Of a stretch of DNA of 22,993 nt, positions 17,930 to 22,993 are shown one piece after another. Source of the stretch: Candidatus Pampinifervens sinense (GTDB taxonomy: Bacteria; Aquificota; Aquificia; Aquificales; Aquificaceae); NCBI GenBank assembly GCA_037927135.1, contig JAXSPP010000003.1, positions 167,623 through 190,615 of the forward strand. Direction: 5' to 3'. A program made the translations under genes and the position numbers. Position 1 is the stretch's first letter, and every line of letters starts with the position of its first letter. The notes under the pieces were generated by a model. It was not told where the DNA came from. It saw only the letters and a program-made list of their open reading frames with translations, and did no database searches.

Positions 17930-19500
17930 AACTTAAGCTTCTTCTTTAGAATATCTCCCAAGGTAAAGCCTTTGTCTCCCCCAGACCCTATAGTAATAAT
18001 ATCCTTTTCCTCCTTCCTTTCCTCCTCCTTCATACTAAAGGTTATCCTATCTTGAGAAAGTTCTATTATCTTTACCTCAACCTCTTGACCTTCCGAAAGC
18101 TTTACACCCCTTGGCACCTCCGATATGGGTAAAAGGCCATCCACACCCTCTGGAAGCTGTAGGAAGGCTCCAAAGGGATGCACACTCTTTACCTTTAGCT
18201 TTACTTTGTCTCCCACCTTGTAATTCTTAAGAACCTTTTCCCAAGGATTTTCCTTTAGCTGTTTTAGGCCTAGCTTTACATACCTTCCTTCCAGCCCAAG
18301 CACGGCAAACTCAAGGGATTGGCCAACTTGAAGCACCTCTTCTACCCTTCCAGGCCTTACCCAATCAAGGTCGCTCCTGTGTATTATGCCCTGCACATTC
18401 TCCTCAAGCCTTATGATGGCCTTCGCTCCCTCTATACTTTCAACAGTGCCAACCACCTTGCTTCCCACAGGATACTTCTTGATAAACTCTTCCCAAGGCT
18501 TGGGAAGTGTCCTCTTTATACTGAGTATAAGCTTGCGCTTCTTTGGATCAAACTCCAACACCTGCGCAGAAACCCTATCCCCCTTCTTGAAAGTAGCACC
18601 ATCATAGGAAACCTCTTCCTTAGGCACAAAGCCCTCCACACCCTCCATAACCTCTACAACAAGACCGTTTTCCCTTACTTCAACCACCCTACCGTTTACC
18701 ACCTGCCCTTTGCTTATGCTTTCCTGGGCCTTCACCCATGGATTTTCCTTCATTTCCCTTAGGCTAACGAAGATGAACTGACCGTCCTTAGGTATCCTCT
18801 TTACCTTAACCCTCAACCTCTCACCTATCTCCGTATAGTTATAGGGATTCTTGTCCCTTCCCCAACTTAACTCCTCCAGTGGTAGGAAGGCTCTTAGCAC
18901 TTTGCCTACCAGAAGGGTTACTCCCTTGTTAGGATCTATCTTTATAACGCGGCCTTCAACCACATCCCCTACCTTTAGCCTTGCAAGAAGTCTAGCCTTC
19001 TTCCTCTCTTCCATAAACTTCATATACTCCTTCTGAGAAAGGACTATCTTTAAACCATCCTGCTCCCTCTTAAACTCTATTATCTTTGCCACCACCTTTT
19101 TACCTTCCGCTAAGTTCTTGCTTGCCTCCTCAAAAGGCATCTCCGCTTTTAGACCGCTGATATCCACCACATAGGACCTTTCATTCCTTGCCACTACTGT
19201 ACCTGTGATAAACTTACCCTTTTCATAAGCATTTTGCAAAAATCTTATAAGCCTTCCTTCCAAATACCTTCTATAGGAAAGTATGGGATAGCCTTCCCTA
19301 CTAAACCTTAAAACTACTGCCTTTACCTCATCACCCACCTTTGCTTCAGGAAGTTCCTCTTTAGGTATGACTCCCTCCACCTTATAACCAATATCCACAT
19401 ACAAGTTCCTCTCATCCACCTGTACCACTTTTCCTTTTACCACTTCCCCTCTTCTTATCTCCTTCAGACCACTCTCAAAAACCTTCTCAAATTCGCTCAT
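17926..19500 (-). CDS. rpsA: 30S ribosomal protein S1
   Basis: Six S1/OB repeats (GEVVKGKV, VDIGYKVEGVIP, ENPW, FGAFL...DGLLPISE) and C-terminal FTLGDIL. Start 19500 (GGAGG RBS) or 19512. Confidence 0.92.
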   Translation of the reverse strand: MSEFEKVFESGLKEIRRGEVVKGKVVQVDERNLYVDIGYKVEGVIPKEELPEAKVGDEVKAVVLRFSREGYPILSYRRYLEGRLIRFLQNAYEKGKFITGTVVARNERSYVVDISGLKAEMPFEEASKNLAEGKKVVAKIIEFKREQDGLKIVLSQKEYMKFMEERKKARLLARLKVGDVVEGRVIKIDPNKGVTLLVGKVLRAFLPLEELSWGRDKNPYNYTEIGERLRVKVKRIPKDGQFIFVSLREMKENPWVKAQESISKGQVVNGRVVEVRENGLVVEVMEGVEGFVPKEEVSYDGATFKKGDRVSAQVLEFDPKKRKLILSIKRTLPKPWEEFIKKYPVGSKVVGTVESIEGAKAIIRLEENVQGIIHRSDLDWVRPGRVEEVLQVGQSLEFAVLGLEGRYVKLGLKQLKENPWEKVLKNYKVGDKVKLKVKSVHPFGAFLQLPEGVDGLLPISEVPRGVKLSEGQEVEVKIIELSQDRITFSMKEEERKEEKDIITIGSGGDKGFTLGDILKKKLKL

Positions 19501-19522
19501 CCGTTCCTCCATGGAATTTTTT

Positions 19523-19531
19523 ATTATACCA
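19523..19531 (-). promoter_or_regulatory. Extended -10 (TGgTATAAT) for rpsA
   Basis: Minus-strand TGGTATAAT in the short rtcB-rpsA gap. Confidence 0.65.
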
Positions 19532-19532
19532 C

Positions 19533-20978
19533 TTATCCTTTTAAAGTGCCCAGGGGTTTAAACCTTGCCACAAGCTTTGCTATACCCAAGGAATGCACTA
19601 CAAAGGCTACCTCAGAAACATCCTTATAGGCCTGTGGTATCTCTTCAGCCACCGTTCCCTTTCCCCTTGCCACCACCACAAGGTCTCCAAGCACCTTCTC
19701 AAGACCTTCCCTCCTTACAAACTCCTTTGCCTTTGTCCTTGACATAAGCCTGCCAGCTCCATGGCATGCACTTCCAAAGCTCATATGCATACTCTTTTCC
19801 TGTCCTACCAGAAGGAAGGAATACCTTCCCACATCTCCGGGTATGAGAACGGGCTGGCCTATGTCTCTGTAAGCTGGTGGAATGTCTGGGTTATGGGGTG
19901 GGAAGGCCCTTGTGGCACCCTTTCTATGAACCAAAAGCTTTTTAACTCTCCCATCCACCTTATGCTCTTCCACCTTTCCTATGTTGTGGGCAAGGTCGTA
20001 GATGAGCCTGTATCCAAACTCCTGCCAGGAGAGTTTAAAGAACCTTCTTACCGTATCTGCCGTAAGGTATCCAAGTATCTGCCTGTTGGCAAAGGCGTAG
20101 TTGGCCGCAGCGTTCATGGCCTTAAAGTAGCTTTGACCTTCAGGCGACTTGAAGGGCATACATGCCAACTGCATATCTGGAATGTCTATATCGTATTTCC
20201 TTAAGGCATCCTTTGCTACCTTGAGGTAATCTACACATACTTGATGGCCAAAGCCCCTTGAACCAGAGTGCACCATTATGGTAACCTGTCCAAGCTCAAG
20301 GCCTAGCTTTTTGGCCACATCCTCATCGTATATCTCATCCACATACTGCACCTCTACAAAGTGGTTTCCTGATCCCACCGTTCCAAGCTCGTCAGATCCC
20401 CTCTCAAAGGCATAATCGGAAACTTTAGAAGGATCTGCATTGGGAAGGGCTCCACCGCTTTCTATATGCTCCAGGTCCTCCTTAAAACCATAACCCCTCT
20501 CTATAGCCCATCTTGCACCCTTTATGGCCACCTCAGAAAGCTCAGACTTTGAAAGCCTTATCTTTCCAGTAGACCCTACACCGGCGGGAACATTCTTTAA
20601 TATCTCCTGCATAAGCTCCTTTCTTACAGGCTTTACATCATCCACAGTAAGGTTTGTAGCTATAAGCCTTACACCACAGTTTATATCGTAGCCTATGGAC
20701 CCAGGGCTAATAATACCATCCTCTATATCGGTCGCCATTATACCACCTACTGGAAAGCCATAACCCACATGCACATCTGGCATTACATAAATGGCCTTTT
20801 CCACTCCAGGAAGGGTAGCTGCATTGGCCGCCTGCCTTATGGCATCCTCCTCTAAAAGCTCAAAGAGTTTATCGCTAAGGTAAAAGTAGACTGGCACCTT
20901 TTGACCTTGGATAGTCTTCTCCGGCAGCTTATAGATATATTCATCAATCTTAATGAGGCTCTCCTTTAGACTCATCAT
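19533..20978 (-). CDS. rtcB: RtcB-family RNA ligase
   Basis: MPDVHVGYGFPVG, GYDINCG, GSGNHF, HSGSRGFG, AHN, HRKGAT, SACHGAGR (His-GMP), EEIPQAYK, C-terminal KG. No intein. Confidence 0.95.
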   Translation of the reverse strand: MMSLKESLIKIDEYIYKLPEKTIQGQKVPVYFYLSDKLFELLEEDAIRQAANAATLPGVEKAIYVMPDVHVGYGFPVGGIMATDIEDGIISPGSIGYDINCGVRLIATNLTVDDVKPVRKELMQEILKNVPAGVGSTGKIRLSKSELSEVAIKGARWAIERGYGFKEDLEHIESGGALPNADPSKVSDYAFERGSDELGTVGSGNHFVEVQYVDEIYDEDVAKKLGLELGQVTIMVHSGSRGFGHQVCVDYLKVAKDALRKYDIDIPDMQLACMPFKSPEGQSYFKAMNAAANYAFANRQILGYLTADTVRRFFKLSWQEFGYRLIYDLAHNIGKVEEHKVDGRVKKLLVHRKGATRAFPPHNPDIPPAYRDIGQPVLIPGDVGRYSFLLVGQEKSMHMSFGSACHGAGRLMSRTKAKEFVRREGLEKVLGDLVVVARGKGTVAEEIPQAYKDVSEVAFVVHSLGIAKLVARFKPLGTLKG

Positions 20979-21000
20979 AGTATTAAATGTATTTCAAAAA

Positions 21001-21050
21001 TGGTGGGCGATGGAGGACTCGAACCTCCGACCTCCATCTTGTGAGGATGG
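21001..21050 (-). repeat. 3' 50-bp fragment of tRNA-Val(CAC), attachment site of the integrated element
   Basis: Minus strand CCATC-CT CAC AA-GATGG AGGTC GGAGG-TTCGAGT-CCTCC ATCGCCC A CCA. The 5' acceptor strand (expected GGGCGAT) and D-arm are absent upstream. The integrase ends 49 bp away. Confidence 0.9.
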
Positions 21051-21099
21051 GTGAAAGCCTAATTCTATCAAGGTTTTCGTGGCGGGTGTTAACTACAGG

Positions 21100-22188
21100 T
21101 TAACTTTTGGGCAAAGATTTATCCATAACCTCTGACAGGGTGTCAAGGGCAGACCTAAGATGCTCTGGGCTAAGGTGGGCGTATCTCTTTACCATGCTGG
21201 CGGACTTATGCCTTGTTAGGTGTTGTATGGTGTAGAGGTCTACTCCTTTCATGGCAAGCCAGCTGGCAAAGGTATGTCTAAGGTCATGAAACCTAAGGTC
21301 TGGTATGCCTGCTTTCCTGCATGCGGTTTTAAATGCTTTTAGATAGGTCTTGTCCTCTACCTTGTAGGGCTTGCCTTTTGAGTTGGTAAAGATGTAGCCT
21401 ATGCGAGGAGTATTGCCTTTAAGCCTTTTAAGGAGCTCAATGGCTTGCTTTCCCAGTGGAAGCCTTGCTATTTCATTATTCTTGGCATTGGTTATGGCTA
21501 TAGTGCCATGCTCTAAGTCCACATCTTCCCACTTTAGGCTAAATATCTCACTGGCTCTAAGACCTGTATAGACTGCAAACTCTACTGCGGGTCTTAGCCA
21601 TGAGGGGCATGCTTGTAGTAGGCGGGCAAACTCCTCTGGCTTTAAAAACCTAAGCCTACTGTCATCTACCTTGAAAAGTTTAACCTCTGGCAGGTCTCCA
21701 GAGTATAGCTTTAGGGTTTTAGCTTTCTTGAGGATGGCTCTGAGAATGTTAAGCTCTGAGTTTATTGTGTTGGGCTTTACTCCAGCGGATAGCCTATGCT
21801 GTTTATACTGCTCTATGGTGAAGGTGCTTATCTTGGATAACTCCATAGTGCCAAAATAGTCAACGAGCTTGTGGACTTTCCTTTCTATCTCATAGCTTGT
21901 CCTTGCCTTTGCATGTGGGCGGGTAGAGTGATACCACTTTAGATATTCCTGTGCCAGTTCTTTAAAGGTCAGCTCCTTCTCTTCTACTGGCAGGTAAGTG
22001 CCTTGAATTATCTCTTGCTTTATCTTTATGGCTATGTTCCTTGCCATTGTCAAGGGTATTTCATCAACCCTGCCAATTCTCTCATAGTAAGTCTTGCCTT
22101 TGTAGGTAAACTTTAGCCAGTAAGACCCATGAATTTCATAAAGGTTGTCTCCGTAAGACACTTTGCCTTTCTTTCTTGCCTTAGCCAT
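21100..22188 (-). CDS. int: Tyrosine recombinase/integrase
   Basis: N-terminal arm-binding-like domain (YWLKFTYKGK...RIGRVDEIPLTMAR), core-binding domain, catalytic YTGLRASEI, K, FHDLRH, RH, RYAHL. ATG 22188 with GAGG RBS (track starts at 22200). Confidence 0.93.
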   Translation of the reverse strand: MAKARKKGKVSYGDNLYEIHGSYWLKFTYKGKTYYERIGRVDEIPLTMARNIAIKIKQEIIQGTYLPVEEKELTFKELAQEYLKWYHSTRPHAKARTSYEIERKVHKLVDYFGTMELSKISTFTIEQYKQHRLSAGVKPNTINSELNILRAILKKAKTLKLYSGDLPEVKLFKVDDSRLRFLKPEEFARLLQACPSWLRPAVEFAVYTGLRASEIFSLKWEDVDLEHGTIAITNAKNNEIARLPLGKQAIELLKRLKGNTPRIGYIFTNSKGKPYKVEDKTYLKAFKTACRKAGIPDLRFHDLRHTFASWLAMKGVDLYTIQHLTRHKSASMVKRYAHLSPEHLRSALDTLSEVMDKSLPKS

Positions 22189-22196
22189 GACAGACC

Positions 22197-22304
22197 TCAA
22201 CCCTTAGGTTCATCATGCCAGACAGTCCATATCATGTAGGCTATCATCCCAGTAAAAAGCAAAGACATAAGACCTGCCAGTAGGTAAATAAGCCTTTCAT
22301 CCAT
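22197..22304 (-). CDS. 35-aa single-TM peptide MDERLIYLLAGLMSLLFTGMIAYMIWTVWHDEPKG (not in ORF track)
   Basis: AAGGAGGT RBS 6 nt before ATG 22304. Overlaps the stop of the upstream ORF, and its TGA overlaps the int RBS. Hydrophobic core of about 22 aa. Confidence 0.75.
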   Translation of the reverse strand: MDERLIYLLAGLMSLLFTGMIAYMIWTVWHDEPKG

Positions 22305-22536
22305 CTTTTAACCTCCTTATAAGCCTTCTTGCTCTAATATGCAATGAAAGGGCATAAACAAGCAAGGCAAACCATAGAGGTATGCCAGCGGTGATAAAAG
22401 CCTTTGCTTGTGGGCTTTCTGGCTTAAGCATCAACCCTACAAGACCACCAGTAAGCAAAAGTAAAGCATTCCACACATGGCTAAACATGTGCTTGTAGTA
22501 AGCTATTAACTCCTTTAGCTCCTCATTGCCTTTCAT
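22297..22536 (-). CDS. 79-aa two-TM membrane protein of unknown function
   Basis: AGGAG RBS, two hydrophobic segments (VWNALLLLTGGLVGLML; AFITAGIPLWFALLVYAL) and a basic C-terminus. Confidence 0.75.
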   Translation of the reverse strand: MKGNEELKELIAYYKHMFSHVWNALLLLTGGLVGLMLKPESPQAKAFITAGIPLWFALLVYALSLHIRARRLIRRLKDG

Positions 22537-22550
22537 TCTTAAACTCCTAT

Positions 22551-22618
22551 AGCCATATGGCAGTTAACCAACCCTTATGACCTAATGTCTTGTGGTTAGT
22601 TGACTGCAACACATGGCT
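22551..22618 (-). other. 68-nt imperfect hairpin spanning most of the repressor-to-membrane-gene spacer
   Basis: Minus strand AGCCAUGUG/CAUAUGGCU (9 bp), UU bulge, then GCAGUCAACUAACC/GGUUGGUUAACUGC (13 of 14 paired). Confidence 0.7.
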
Positions 22619-22839
22619 TAAGTCTTACCCTTCTCATGGTATGCGTTATCTTGTCCTTTCTCTTCCTCTTTCTGACGGGCGGTCTCAAGGATTTCTGTGA
22701 TTAAAAGAGACAAGGACTTGCCTTCTTTTTGAGCTTTAGCCTTAACCCAGTCCATTAGCTCCTTAGGCAGTCGTATCTGGGTTTTCTCTGGCAGTGAACG
22801 AGGACTAAGGGCTTTAAAGCCTTTTCTTGCCTGAGCCAT
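22618..22839 (-). CDS. Ribbon-helix-helix (Arc/CopG/HicB-like) DNA-binding protein, putative repressor
   Basis: KTQIRLPKELMDWVKAKAQKEGKSLSLLITEIL RHH pattern. Start reassigned to ATG 22839 from promoter geometry (track 22857). Confidence 0.8.
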   Translation of the reverse strand: MAQARKGFKALSPRSLPEKTQIRLPKELMDWVKAKAQKEGKSLSLLITEILETARQKEEEKGQDNAYHEKGKT

Positions 22840-22846
22840 ACAAAAA

Positions 22847-22875
22847 AGTATATCCATACGCTACATCTTAGTCAA
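22847..22875 (-). promoter_or_regulatory. Leftward sigma70 promoter TTGACT-17-TATACT
   Basis: Minus strand -35 at 22875-22870, -10 at 22852-22847, 7 nt before ATG 22839. Confidence 0.8.
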
Positions 22876-22887
22876 GAGGCAAAAAAC

Positions 22888-22916
22888 TTGACATCTTAAA
22901 TAAGATGGCTTATATT
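22888..22916 (+). promoter_or_regulatory. Rightward sigma70 promoter TTGACA-17-TATATT with operator palindrome CATCTTA-aa-TAAGATG (22892-22907)
   Basis: Consensus -35, 17-nt spacer, 5/6 -10. A perfect 7-bp inverted repeat covers the -35 end and spacer. Confidence 0.82.
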
Positions 22917-22950
22917 AGATGCCATCAATACCTTGACAGGAGGGTTAACC

Positions 22951-22993
22951 ATGCAAGAACTCAGAACCTTAGAAAGCTGGCTCTTAGACCTAA
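22951..22993 (+). CDS. N-terminus of a divergently transcribed element gene (MQELRTLESWLLDL...), truncated by the window end
   Basis: AGGAGG RBS at 22938-22943, open frame to the window end, downstream of the rightward promoter. Confidence 0.6.
   Translation, partial: MQELRTLESWLLDL

Larger units (their letters stand above)
21001..22993. mobile_element. End of a tRNA-Val-integrated element (prophage, satellite or integrative plasmid), continuing beyond the window
   Basis: tRNA fragment, tyrosine integrase, RHH repressor and divergent promoter/operator switch. Confidence 0.85.

Noticed and set aside
18319-20204. Plus-strand ORFs (e.g. 18319-18762, 19761-20204) antisense to rpsA and rtcB
   Set aside because: Antisense shadows with no recognisable domains or RBS. 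The same applies to the other short nested ORFs in the track.
19533-20978. Intein in RtcB
   Set aside because: 481 aa with contiguous motifs and no insertion at the INCG site.
21001-21075. Intact tRNA-Val(CAC) gene
   Set aside because: Sequence upstream of the anticodon arm on the minus strand has no D-arm and no GGGCGAT acceptor strand, so it is only a 3' fragment.
1-22993. CRISPR array, rRNA or IS element
   Set aside because: No regularly spaced direct repeats, rRNA-like stretch or transposase ORF were seen; nearly all sequence is explained by coding genes.

Overview
The window appears to come from a thermophilic Aquificaceae (Thermocrinis/Hydrogenobacter-like) chromosome. This is an inference from Aquifex-like RNase III and GyrA/ParC and the tightly packed, mixed-function gene order. 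1-6056: the 3' part of a cyanate/nitrate assimilation cluster (ABC ATPase, cyanase, NarK-type MFS, assimilatory nitrate reductase, HemD-like, CobA). 6042-20978: core genes (HAD hydrolase, acpP-fabF-rnc, small TOPRIM, gyrA/parC, leuD, pyrE, ZIP, triheme cytochrome c, gpsA, Zn-ribbon, AI-2E, near-KaiC-like regulator, tRNA-Pro(GGG), HU/IHF-like, rpsA, rtcB). From 21001: the end of an element integrated in a tRNA-Val(CAC) gene. It comprises a 50-bp tRNA 3' fragment (att), a tyrosine integrase, two small membrane proteins (one absent from the ORF track), a 68-nt hairpin, a probably leaderless ribbon-helix-helix repressor, and a divergent promoter/operator switch driving a gene that runs off the window. 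Other notable items: an HU/IHF homolog lacking its DNA-binding arm, a GyrA lacking the canonical GyrA-box, and a recurrent leaderless-promoter signature. No CRISPR array or rRNA was seen. All calls are from motif recognition by eye; no searches were run.
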